From contig CAYRSR010000004.1 in assembly GCA_964427275.1 (NCBI GenBank), forward strand, positions 2,769-66,768: a DNA stretch of 64,000 bases, written 5' to 3'. The notes under the pieces were generated by a model that searched no databases, was not told the DNA's origin, and was given only the letters and a program-made list of their open reading frames with translations. This document shows, piece after piece, positions 55,610-64,000 of the stretch (position 1 is the stretch's first letter; the number at the start of each line of letters is the position of its first letter). The stretch comes from an uncultured Candidatus Saccharibacteria bacterium. GTDB lineage: Bacteria; Patescibacteriota; Minisyncoccia; UBA6257; CAYRSR01. A program made the translations under genes and the position numbers.

Positions 55610-56182
55610 ATGAATTTAAAGCAGTTAAAGAAAGAAATTAGTAAGATTAAAATTAGATGGGAGGATAAGGATAGGGTTAGAGAAAAATTACTAGTTCTGG
55701 GTCGGAAGGTAATCAGGCTTTCCGGCAAGGCAATAAAGTTTATTCATAATGGTAACTTAACTAAAGCTGGAGAGTTAATAGAAGAGGCCAAATCTTTGAA
55801 TTTAGCTGCACGCAAGCTTTCTAGAGAATATTCTGACCTGTATTATAATTATACCAAAAATGCTCAAAAGGAGCTGGTGGAAGCGGTAGCTCTAATTTCA
55901 ATTTTGACTGATAGAAATATTCCTACTCGGGATGAATTAAAAGTGGAATGTACTGCATATGCTAATGGGTTAGGAGAAGTAATTGGAGAGTTAAGGAGAT
56001 ATGTTTTAAATTGTTTAAATGAGGGACAATCTGAAAAAGCTCAACAAATTTTTGATTTGATGCAGGAAATCTTTAATATTCTGACAACATTGAATGTTTT
56101 CCCATCTAAGATTAATGGTGGTTTTCGAAGGACAATAGATGTAGCTAGAAATTTGATTGTAAAGACAAAGGAATATTTTTAA
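55610..56182 (+). CDS. translin-family-like helical protein
   Basis: All-helical ~190 aa. Regions such as EAVALISILTD...TAYANGLGEVIGELRRY resemble archaeal/bacterial translin; tentative. Confidence 0.35.
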   Translation: MNLKQLKKEISKIKIRWEDKDRVREKLLVLGRKVIRLSGKAIKFIHNGNLTKAGELIEEAKSLNLAARKLSREYSDLYYNYTKNAQKELVEAVALISILTDRNIPTRDELKVECTAYANGLGEVIGELRRYVLNCLNEGQSEKAQQIFDLMQEIFNILTTLNVFPSKINGGFRRTIDVARNLIVKTKEYF

Positions 56183-56189
56183 TAACTTA

Positions 56190-56216
56190 AGGCAGCTGAA
56201 AAGCTGCCTTTTTAAT
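56190..56216 (+). terminator. Rho-independent terminator
   Basis: aggcagct-gaaa-agctgcct followed by TTTTT. Confidence 0.7.
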
Positions 56217-56256
56217 TTTAAAAAAATAAAATTTATGCTATACTAGAATAGTGTAC

Positions 56257-58509
56257 ATGAAAAAAAGGAGAGTTAAAAAACCCTTTTCAGATTTTTGGTA
56301 CAAAAAATATTTGTCTTCTAGAGATTTTTTGATTATAGAAAATAGTTTTCAAAGAGAACAACAACAAAAGCAGGAAACCATATTTTCTCTAGGGAATGGA
56401 TTTATCTGTTGTAGGGGAACTTTAGAAGAAACTCCGGTTGGTTGTAATCCAGGAACTTATTGGTCTGGTATATATGATCAGCAAGGAGTGCAAGTTACCG
56501 AGATTGTAAATCTTCCCAATCCATTTAAATTTAAAATTAAAGTTAATGGATTAAAATTAAATGTTTCTGAAGGATATTTAAAACACCAAAGGATTTTAGA
56601 TTTAAAAAAATGCGCATTGTTTCGAAAGACTATATTTGATATAAAAAGTCAGCGATTTGATTTCCAGTCCTTAAGGTTTTTAAGTAAATCAAATCCTCAT
56701 TTAGGTGCATTTCAAATATTGTTTACTCCTTTAACTGGCGATGTAACACTTGAAGTAGAAAACTTTATTGATTCTCAAGTTGTAAATCAAAATTCCAAAG
56801 TTTGTCATTTTGAGGTATTAAAATCAATTTCCAGAAAGAACTATGAGTTGTTGCATATTAAAACTCTAGAAGATAGGTATTCGGTCTGCTATGCAGCAGC
56901 ATTAAAGATTAAAAAACAAAATCAGGAACATTTAAATTCTAACAAGCTTTTAAGGTTTAAACTTAAAAAAGGAGAAACTATTAGTTTTACTAAGTTTTTC
57001 TCGATTTATACAACCAGAGAAACTGCAGCTAAAAATCTGGAAGTTTTTGCCAAAGATGACTTAAAGGAAGCTTTAAATACTGGCTTTGAGGAATTATTTT
57101 CTCGACATATTAAATTCTGGAATAAAATCTGGAAAGAGTCGGATTTAAAAATAACTGGGCCATTAAATATCCAGAGAGCTTTAAGGTTTAATATTTATCA
57201 ACATCTGATAGCTGTAGATGAAAGAAATCCTGATATTGGCATACCAGCCAAGGGGTTGACTGGTGAAGGATACAAAGGGCATATTTTCTGGGATGCTGAA
57301 ATATTTAATTTACCATTTTTTGTATTTAATGCTCCGCAAATAGCTAAGAACTTACTGATTTATAGGTACAGTTGCCTAAAAGAAGCCAAAAAAAGAGCTA
57401 AAGATATGGGGTATCAGGGAGCTTTGTTTGGCTGGGAAACAGCTGATAGCGGAAGTGACTGCACTCCCTCCGGAATTCAGGGTGAAGAGATACTTACAGG
57501 TAAGTATGAACAGCATATTTCTGGCGATGTTGCCTTTGGTGTTTACAATTACTTTCGGGCAACTGGTGATGAGCAGTTTATGCTGGACTATGGTCTGGAA
57601 ATTATTTTTGAAACCGCTCGATTTTGGGCTTCCAGATTAACCAGAGGAAAGGACAATTTTTATCACTTAAGTCAAATAATGGGACCAGATGAATTCCATT
57701 TAATTGTGAATGATAACACTTATACCAATTACCTGGCTAAGTGGAATCTATCTATTGCCAGTAGTTTATATAGACAGTTTCTTTTTCACAATCAGTTTGA
57801 AAAGGTTGTTAAAAAAATTGGATTGACAAAAGCAGAAATTGAAGAATGGAATAAAAAAGCTGGAAATATTTTTATTAGTAAAAGACAGGACAGTTTGATT
57901 TTTGATAGCTTTAAAAATTACTCCCGGAAAAAGTATCTTCCAATTAAAAAGAGAAATGAACTGGGATTACCACTTAAGCCGGAACTGAGCTTGAAACAAC
58001 TTGGCAAAACCCAGTTAATCAAACAGCCAGATGTAGTTATGCTATTTTATCTATTTCCAGAACAGTTTGACTTTAAAACTATAAAATCCAACTTTGAATT
58101 TTATGAGCAAAGAACTGTTCATCATTCTTCTCTTTCTGCACCTATCTCTTCTTTGGTAGCTTTATATAGTAAAGATTATTCCAAAGCTAAGTATTACTTT
58201 TTATTAAGTCTTTTTTGCGATTTAAAAGATTTTTATAAAAATACTGTTTCAGGAGTTCATATGGCTTCTTGTGGAGGAGTTTGGCAGGTTATATTTCGCG
58301 GATTTTTAGGAGCAAGGTTTAAAAATGGAAGTTTGGAATTTTGTTCAAATGTTCCTAATTATTTGAAGTCGATAAAAATGAGGTTTAAGTTTAAAGGTAG
58401 AAATTTTGAAATTAAAGCGACTTCAAAAAAGCTAAAAATAAAGTCTTTAAGTAAACTACCAGTCAAAATTGAATCTAAAAAGAATTTTGCCAGAATTAGC
58501 GTTTCTTGA
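56257..58509 (+). CDS. glycoside hydrolase family 65 protein (kojibiose/maltose/trehalose-type phosphorylase)
   Basis: LGNGFICCRGTLEE N-terminal motif and a central (alpha/alpha)6 region (GHIFWDAEIF...). ~750 aa. Confidence 0.75.
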   Translation: MKKRRVKKPFSDFWYKKYLSSRDFLIIENSFQREQQQKQETIFSLGNGFICCRGTLEETPVGCNPGTYWSGIYDQQGVQVTEIVNLPNPFKFKIKVNGLKLNVSEGYLKHQRILDLKKCALFRKTIFDIKSQRFDFQSLRFLSKSNPHLGAFQILFTPLTGDVTLEVENFIDSQVVNQNSKVCHFEVLKSISRKNYELLHIKTLEDRYSVCYAAALKIKKQNQEHLNSNKLLRFKLKKGETISFTKFFSIYTTRETAAKNLEVFAKDDLKEALNTGFEELFSRHIKFWNKIWKESDLKITGPLNIQRALRFNIYQHLIAVDERNPDIGIPAKGLTGEGYKGHIFWDAEIFNLPFFVFNAPQIAKNLLIYRYSCLKEAKKRAKDMGYQGALFGWETADSGSDCTPSGIQGEEILTGKYEQHISGDVAFGVYNYFRATGDEQFMLDYGLEIIFETARFWASRLTRGKDNFYHLSQIMGPDEFHLIVNDNTYTNYLAKWNLSIASSLYRQFLFHNQFEKVVKKIGLTKAEIEEWNKKAGNIFISKRQDSLIFDSFKNYSRKKYLPIKKRNELGLPLKPELSLKQLGKTQLIKQPDVVMLFYLFPEQFDFKTIKSNFEFYEQRTVHHSSLSAPISSLVALYSKDYSKAKYYFLLSLFCDLKDFYKNTVSGVHMASCGGVWQVIFRGFLGARFKNGSLEFCSNVPNYLKSIKMRFKFKGRNFEIKATSKKLKIKSLSKLPVKIESKKNFARISVS

Positions 58510-58542
58510 CCCATTTTTAAATCAGCTTTATAATTCTAGTAT

Positions 58543-59469
58543 ATGAACATCTACGATTTAATAATTATTGGAGGAGGTCCAGCTGGAATTACTGCTGGCA
58601 TTTATGCTGCTAGGCAAAAGCTCAATACATTGTTGATTACCAAAAGTTTTGGTGGCCAGGTAAACAGAAAAGCAGTAGCCATTGAGAATTATCCTGGTTT
58701 TGAAAAAATCTCCGGGAGTGATTTGATAACAAAGTTTGAACAGCAGTTAAGAAAAACTGGAATAGAAATTAGACGAGACGCAGTGGTAAAGGTTAGTTGG
58801 CTGAAGCAAGAGTTTTTAGTAGAAACCAAGACCAAAAATCAATTTAAATCTAAAGCGGTAATTGTTGCTTCTGGTGCAGATCCCAGACCACTGGAAGTTC
58901 CTGGAGAAAAAGAATTCATTGGAAAAGGGGTAAGCTATTGTACTGCCTGTGATGCTCCTTTATATCGAGATAAAACTGTGGCAGTAATTGGTGGGGGGAA
59001 TTCTGGATTTGAAGCAGCAATTGCATTAGCTAATTGGGCTAAGCACATTTATATCCTAGAATTTCTATCTCAGGTTTCAGCTGATGAAATTAATCAAGAG
59101 TTAGTTCAAAAAACTGGAAAAGTGGATGTAATTACTAATGCCAAAGTGGTTGAAATAAAAGGTGATGAATTTGTAAATTCAATTGTTTACCAAGACCGTG
59201 AAACCGGACAATCTAATAGCCTTTCTTTGGATGGAGTATTTATTGAAATTGGTTCTCAGCCAGCTACTTCATTTGTAAAGGACCTGGTAGATTTTAACTC
59301 TAGGGATGAAATTAAAATCGATCCATTTACTAACCAGGCTAAAACTCCAGGATTGTTTGCTGCTGGAGATGTAACTGAAGTTAAATATAAACAAATTGTA
59401 ATTGCCTGCAGTGAAGGTGCAAAAGCTGCTCTTAGCGCTGATAAATATATAAAAAAGTTACTTAGTTAA
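58543..59469 (+). CDS. trxB: thioredoxin reductase-like flavoprotein lacking canonical NADPH 2'-phosphate motif
   Basis: DLIIIGGGPAGITAG FAD site, CTACDA redox CxxC and a second VIGGGNSG Rossmann. The HRRDxFRA box is replaced by YILEFLSQVSAD. Confidence 0.7.
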   Translation: MNIYDLIIIGGGPAGITAGIYAARQKLNTLLITKSFGGQVNRKAVAIENYPGFEKISGSDLITKFEQQLRKTGIEIRRDAVVKVSWLKQEFLVETKTKNQFKSKAVIVASGADPRPLEVPGEKEFIGKGVSYCTACDAPLYRDKTVAVIGGGNSGFEAAIALANWAKHIYILEFLSQVSADEINQELVQKTGKVDVITNAKVVEIKGDEFVNSIVYQDRETGQSNSLSLDGVFIEIGSQPATSFVKDLVDFNSRDEIKIDPFTNQAKTPGLFAAGDVTEVKYKQIVIACSEGAKAALSADKYIKKLLS

Positions 59470-59499
59470 AGGTCGAAAAAGTTGAATTGTCAAAATATT

Positions 59500-59766
59500 A
59501 TGAAAGTTTTAAAATTTGGAGCTAGCTGGTGTGAAGGTTGCAAGGTGATGAAACCAAGGTGGGAAGAAATTGAAAAAGAATATCCCTGGCTGGAAACTAA
59601 ATTCATTAGTATTGATGAACACCCAGAAGCAATGAAAGAATACAAAATTATGAGTCTACCAACTGCTATATTTTTGGATAAACAAAATCAGGAAATAGCC
59701 AGGTTTTCAGGAGAAGTAGAAAAAGAAGTATTGATAAAAGCAATTTTAGAAAATAAGGACAAATAA
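59500..59766 (+). CDS. thioredoxin-like protein (CxxC = WCEGC)
   Basis: LKFGASWCEGCKVM; ~88 aa; immediately downstream of the trxB-like gene. Confidence 0.6.
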   Translation: MKVLKFGASWCEGCKVMKPRWEEIEKEYPWLETKFISIDEHPEAMKEYKIMSLPTAIFLDKQNQEIARFSGEVEKEVLIKAILENKDK

Positions 59767-59778
59767 AATCAACTTCAG

Positions 59779-60468
59779 ATGAACAATTCTAAAAATGATT
59801 ATATTAGATTGTCTCCTTCTACTTTAAACCTGTTTTTAGAATGCAAAAGGTGTTTCTGGCTTCAGGTAAATAAAGGAATTCATCGACCCACAAGCCCTTT
59901 TTCATCTTTACCTGGTGGAATGGATGGGGTAATTAAGAAATATTTTGATAAATACCGATTATTAAATACTTTACCTCCTGAAATCAAAGGAAAAGTTGTT
60001 GGTAGCTTGATGACTGAACTAGAATTACTTAATCAGTGGAGAAACTGGTATACTGGACTAAAGTATATTGATTCAACTAGAAAAGGAATTCTAATTGGAG
60101 CTTTAGATGATTGTCTCAAAGATGGCAAATACTATATTCCAGTTGATTATAAAACCAGAGGTTACCCGCCTTCTCAAAATAGTTCAGAAGAATATTATCA
60201 ACATCAATTAAATTGTTATACTTTCTTATTGAAGCAAAATGGTTATCCGGTAAAGAATTTTGCTTATCTAATTTATTATTATCCCAGGCAAGTTAAAGAG
60301 AATGGAATAGTTGAATTTAATGTGGAGCCAATAAGAATCAAGACCTACCCCGAGCAGGCTAAAAAAGTTTTTGAACAAGCTCTTGATTTATTGAAAGGTG
60401 ACTTGCCAGAAAAACACTCCAAATGCTCTTATTGCAATTGGGCTGGAGATGTTTCTGGATTTGAATAA
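59779..60468 (+). CDS. PD-(D/E)xK nuclease-like protein (Cas4/RecB-like) with 2+2 Cys
   Basis: N-terminal CKRC and C-terminal CSYC; central ILIGALDD...IPVDYKT (D...D-x-K core). Confidence 0.4.
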   Translation: MNNSKNDYIRLSPSTLNLFLECKRCFWLQVNKGIHRPTSPFSSLPGGMDGVIKKYFDKYRLLNTLPPEIKGKVVGSLMTELELLNQWRNWYTGLKYIDSTRKGILIGALDDCLKDGKYYIPVDYKTRGYPPSQNSSEEYYQHQLNCYTFLLKQNGYPVKNFAYLIYYYPRQVKENGIVEFNVEPIRIKTYPEQAKKVFEQALDLLKGDLPEKHSKCSYCNWAGDVSGFE

Positions 60469-60493
60469 AAGGTCGGCTAAAATACAATAATTA

Positions 60494-60934
60494 ATGAAAC
60501 TTACCAGTCCAGCATTTAAAAATAACCAAAATATTCCTGAAAAGTATACCTGCGATGGAGAAAATTTAAGCCCGCCTTTGTTTATATCTGATATTCCGGT
60601 AGGTACTGAAAGCCTGGTTTTAATTGTAGATGATCCCGATGCTCCATCAGGATGCTTTGTTCATTGGACGTTATGGAATATTTCACCCCAAACTACAGAA
60701 ATTCCAGAAGGCAAGATACCTGAGAATGCGATTGAGGGAATAACTGATTTTGGAAAACCTGGTTATGGTGGTCCTTGTCCTCCTTCTGGGATCCATCGAT
60801 ATTTTTTTAAGATTTATGCTTTAGATACCAGACTAGAGCTTGATTCCTCAGCAACTAAAGAGGATATTGAAGAAGTAATGGAAGGACATATTCTGGAGAA
60901 AGCCGAGTTAATTGGTTTATACCAGCGTAAGTAG
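60494..60934 (+). CDS. YbhB/YbcL-family PEBP (Raf kinase inhibitor-like) protein
   Basis: LIVDDPDAP...HWTLWNI...GYGGPCPPSGIHRYFFKIYALD PEBP signature. Confidence 0.8.
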   Translation: MKLTSPAFKNNQNIPEKYTCDGENLSPPLFISDIPVGTESLVLIVDDPDAPSGCFVHWTLWNISPQTTEIPEGKIPENAIEGITDFGKPGYGGPCPPSGIHRYFFKIYALDTRLELDSSATKEDIEEVMEGHILEKAELIGLYQRK

Positions 60935-60964
60935 ATTAAATATTTTTTTTGTGGTAAAATTAAA

Positions 60965-61300
60965 TTGATGATTAATATTGAAATTAAAGTTCGGCAATTA
61001 TCTAAAACTAATACCACTACAACTTTTGAGGTAAATATCATTACTGGAGAAACTCAAACTAAACACCTGGTTTACTTAGATAATGCTGATTATCAGGAGT
61101 TAACTGCTGGTAAGATAACTCCCGAGGAATTGGTTAGAAAAACAATGGAATTCTTACTTCAAAAGAAACCTAAAGAGTCAATTTTAAGAGAGCTTGATAT
61201 TGGTCAGATATCTGGCTACCTTCCTGAGTATCCAGAGCAAGTTAAAGAGTGGCTGAAAGATTTACCTGCGACCGAAGATGATTTGTCTTCAACCAGATAG
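60965..61300 (+). CDS. hypothetical protein (111 aa)
   Basis: ORF with no recognisable motif. Confidence 0.3.
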   Translation: MMINIEIKVRQLSKTNTTTTFEVNIITGETQTKHLVYLDNADYQELTAGKITPEELVRKTMEFLLQKKPKESILRELDIGQISGYLPEYPEQVKEWLKDLPATEDDLSSTR

Positions 61301-61331
61301 TTCGGAAAGGTCGGAATAATTTATCTGCTAA

Positions 61332-61544
61332 ATGGATCGAGAAGAAAAAATTAAACTGGCTATTTTTTTAACCGGGCTTCTAGCTGCTGGCAGTTTAGCT
61401 TCTCAAAAAGGAGTTAAACCAGTTGGACTTTCTGATTATGCCTGGGGGTACTTGTTTAAGAATTGCTACCAGGGAGTAAATGAAATGATTAAAATGGCTG
61501 ATGAAATGGACTCTAGCTCGAAACCTAAATCTAAAAAAACTTAA
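61332..61544 (+). CDS. hypothetical small protein with N-terminal hydrophobic segment (70 aa)
   Basis: ORF preceded by the AAAGGTCGGAA motif. Confidence 0.3.
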   Translation: MDREEKIKLAIFLTGLLAAGSLASQKGVKPVGLSDYAWGYLFKNCYQGVNEMIKMADEMDSSSKPKSKKT

Positions 61545-61562
61545 TTGTCTACGTAGTTTAAA

Positions 61563-63161
61563 ATGAGTCAGGTTTTACTTATCTTCACAGGGTTAGGATT
61601 GTTTGTGTTTGGTTTGATACGGCTGAGCCAGGAAATGCAGATGATAATTAATGTTAGAATCAGGAAGTACATTAAACAGGTAATTAAGCGGCCTTTTCAA
61701 GGGGTAATTTTGGGCAGTATTGTTACTGCTCTTTTTCAAAGCAGTGGCGCTACTACGGTTTTAACGGTGGGTATGGTTAGTGCTGGCTTGTTTAGTTTCT
61801 TTAATTCACTGGGGGTGATTTTGGGAGCTGACATAGGAACTACTATTACTGCTCAATTAGTGGCATTTAGAATTACTACCATTTCTCCAGTTTTTGTAAT
61901 ATTAGGAATTATAATCTGGCTTTTAGCCAGAAATATCAAATGGAAAAGAACTGGTGAAGTAGTATTTTATTTTGGCTTGCTGTTTTTCGGGTTATTAATA
62001 ATGAGTCAAAATTTAACTCCTTTAAAAAACAATCAATTGTTTATAAATTTTATTCAACAGGCTAAAAATCCACTATTAGGAATATTTGGTGGACTAATTT
62101 TTACTGGAATAACTCAAAGCAGTTCAGTTACTACTAGTATTTTAGTTCTTCTAGGACAAAAGGGATTAATAACTATTAGAAGTGCTTTTCCAGTAGTTTT
62201 GGGAGCTAATATTGGCAGCACCTTTATTACATTACTAGCTAGTTTAAAAGCAAATATTAGTGGCAAGAAAGTTGCCCTGGCTCATTTTTTGTTTAAGTTT
62301 TTGGCAGTAATCATGTTTTTTCCATTTATTTCAATGTTTGCTAACTTTCTGGAAAACTTGTGGTCATCAAATGTAGCTCAACAGGTTGCCGGTGGACATT
62401 TTCTGTTTAATTTAATATTAGCTGGCGTGTTTTTAGGTTTACTTAAGCCATTTGCTAACCTGATAAACAGGTTAGTTCCTGGCGGTGAAGAAACTTTACC
62501 ATTGTGGCCAGAGTACCTGGATAGAAGCTATCTAACCAGACCAGATTTGGCTGTTCCAGCGGTAAGAAAGGAACTTGCCAGAGGTCTAAAATTGACCAAG
62601 CAGATGTTTTTAGATAGTAGTAGTATAATTTTTGAGTTCAGAAATTCACTAGCCCAGAAGGTTTTTTATATGGAATCAGTGATAGACAATCTGCAGGCTG
62701 AAATTATGCAGTTTTTAAATTCTATCTCAGCAAAGTCGCTTACTCCAAAAGACTCCATTACCATAATTTATTATGCAGCAATAACTGACAAGGTTGAAAG
62801 GATTGGAGATCACTCAACTAATTTAGCTAATCTGGCTTTGCATAAGGACCAAAGTAAAATTGAATTTGGCTTAGAAACAAAATCAGCTATCAGTCATCTT
62901 AAAGATTTGGTATTAGAGAATCTAAATGATACAATTCTTCTTCTGGAAGAAAAGAATTTAAATTTAATTCAAAGGATTATTTCCAGAGAAGATAAGATTA
63001 ATAAAGAGATTGAACAGGTTAAACAAAAGCAGTTGAAGAAGTTTTATCTACAGGCTGAATTGGTAGTAGCCGGTTTTATTTTTAATGATATATTGATTAA
63101 TCTGGAAAGAATATCTGACCATTGCGAATACATAGCCAGGCATTTAAAGGAAATAATCTAA
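61563..63161 (+). CDS. Na/Pi cotransporter family protein with C-terminal PhoU-like domain
   Basis: Duplicated QSSGATTVL / TQSSSVTTSILV NptA motifs and a helical PhoU-like tail; 532 aa. Confidence 0.75.
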   Translation: MSQVLLIFTGLGLFVFGLIRLSQEMQMIINVRIRKYIKQVIKRPFQGVILGSIVTALFQSSGATTVLTVGMVSAGLFSFFNSLGVILGADIGTTITAQLVAFRITTISPVFVILGIIIWLLARNIKWKRTGEVVFYFGLLFFGLLIMSQNLTPLKNNQLFINFIQQAKNPLLGIFGGLIFTGITQSSSVTTSILVLLGQKGLITIRSAFPVVLGANIGSTFITLLASLKANISGKKVALAHFLFKFLAVIMFFPFISMFANFLENLWSSNVAQQVAGGHFLFNLILAGVFLGLLKPFANLINRLVPGGEETLPLWPEYLDRSYLTRPDLAVPAVRKELARGLKLTKQMFLDSSSIIFEFRNSLAQKVFYMESVIDNLQAEIMQFLNSISAKSLTPKDSITIIYYAAITDKVERIGDHSTNLANLALHKDQSKIEFGLETKSAISHLKDLVLENLNDTILLLEEKNLNLIQRIISREDKINKEIEQVKQKQLKKFYLQAELVVAGFIFNDILINLERISDHCEYIARHLKEII

Positions 63162-63169
63162 AATTTTTA

Positions 63170-63865
63170 ATGTTGAAGTCAAAACATAATTTCATTGTTA
63201 TTGGATTAGGCGGCTCAATAATAGTTCCTGGAAAAATACAGATAGATTTTCTTAAAAAGTTTAGGAAACTTATTTTGACACTTATAAAACAAGGACACCG
63301 GTTTGTGATAGTAACCGGAGGAGGAAATATTGCCAGAAATTACGTTCAGTCTGCGGTTAAAATTTGTAAAGTATCTACTCAAGATAAGGACTGGTTGGGA
63401 ATACAGGCTACCAGAATCAATGCTTATCTTCTGAAAGCTATGTTTACAAATAAGTGTTGTCCGATAGTTTTGGATTGCCCGGATAAAAGGGTTAATCTGA
63501 AAAAATATTCAATATATATTGGTTCTGGTTGGAAACCGGGTTTTTCTACTGACTATGATACAATTCTTTTAGCTAAAAAGTTTAGAGCAGAAAAAATTAT
63601 TTTTGCTACTGATGTTTCCCATGTTTATGAGAAAGATATTCGAAAGTATCCTCAAGCTAAGCCAATGAAAAGAATTACCTGGAAAGATTATCGAAAATTA
63701 ATCAGTTCAAAATGGAGACCAGGAATGAAAGTTCCGGTTGATCCGGTAGCTGCAAAGTTAGCTCAAAAATTGAAATACAAAGTAATTATAACCAAAGGAA
63801 ACAATTTAGGTAATTTAAAAAATATAATTGAGAATAAAAAATTTAAAGGAACAATAATCGAATAA
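63170..63865 (+). CDS. pyrH: amino-acid-kinase-fold UMP kinase-like protein (archaeal-type PyrH)
   Basis: FIVIGLGGSII...VIVTGGGNIAR motif; ~230 aa. Confidence 0.55.
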   Translation: MLKSKHNFIVIGLGGSIIVPGKIQIDFLKKFRKLILTLIKQGHRFVIVTGGGNIARNYVQSAVKICKVSTQDKDWLGIQATRINAYLLKAMFTNKCCPIVLDCPDKRVNLKKYSIYIGSGWKPGFSTDYDTILLAKKFRAEKIIFATDVSHVYEKDIRKYPQAKPMKRITWKDYRKLISSKWRPGMKVPVDPVAAKLAQKLKYKVIITKGNNLGNLKNIIENKKFKGTIIE

Positions 63866-64000
63866 TTAGCAACCATCTTTCAATTTTCAATTTTCAACCT
63901 TCATTGGATCTGTTGACTTTGTAAGTCAATAGATTAGATAGAACTACTTTCATAATAAGGTAGTTGTGTACTTATTAACATTTTTCACGATCGCGAAATT

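Noticed and set aside
1-64000. Alternative genetic code (UGA recoding, code 25/4), as seen in some candidate phyla.
   Set aside because: TGA terminates conserved full-length genes (e.g. lepA at 6847–6849, and the 1174-aa ORF), and conserved proteins have normal lengths; consistent with the standard code 11.

Overview
This 64-kb window is AT-rich (about 30% GC), compact and uses the standard code: TGA terminates conserved genes such as lepA. Gene content and organisation are consistent with a small-genome, possibly Candidate Phyla Radiation (Patescibacteria)-like bacterium. Most genes are on the + strand, except a – strand block at 39.3–52.3 kb and deoC at 54.6–55.3 kb. The housekeeping set includes the gyrB 3' end, secE, nusG, rplK, tmk, gatB, ndk, lepA, secY, adk, map, prfA-like, an SMC-like gene, rpsP, a KH-domain protein, trmD, rpsB, tsf, rpmG, trpS, RNase J, secG, gpmI, rplY, rpmE, rtcA, deoC, a trxB-like gene and a pyrH-like gene. 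Six tRNAs are present: Tyr, two Thr, Trp, Leu and none others seen. Against this background the window has five notable parts. (1) A ~15-kb surface-glycan island at 7.7–22.5 kb: flippase, five GT2/GT4 glycosyltransferases, a methyltransferase, a P-loop kinase–nucleotidyltransferase fusion, a 1174-aa membrane protein and a GT-C-like membrane protein. Two secreted proteins follow it, one of which is a 784-aa coiled-coil protein with a Kazal-like domain. (2) A ferredoxin / thioredoxin / ferredoxin-thioredoxin-reductase-like gene triad next to tRNA-Tyr, plus a separate trxB-like gene that lacks the canonical HRRD NADPH motif. (3) A domain-1-less RF1 and a hinge-less mini-SMC. (4) A family of AT-only palindromic repeat elements (caattttcaatttt) flanking an rpmG–tRNA-Trp–trpS–rnj segment. 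(5) A recurrent upstream motif, tAAAGGTCGaA, 14–26 nt before the start codons of a subset of genes that lack a Shine-Dalgarno sequence. All functional calls are from reading motifs in the translations; no searches were run.
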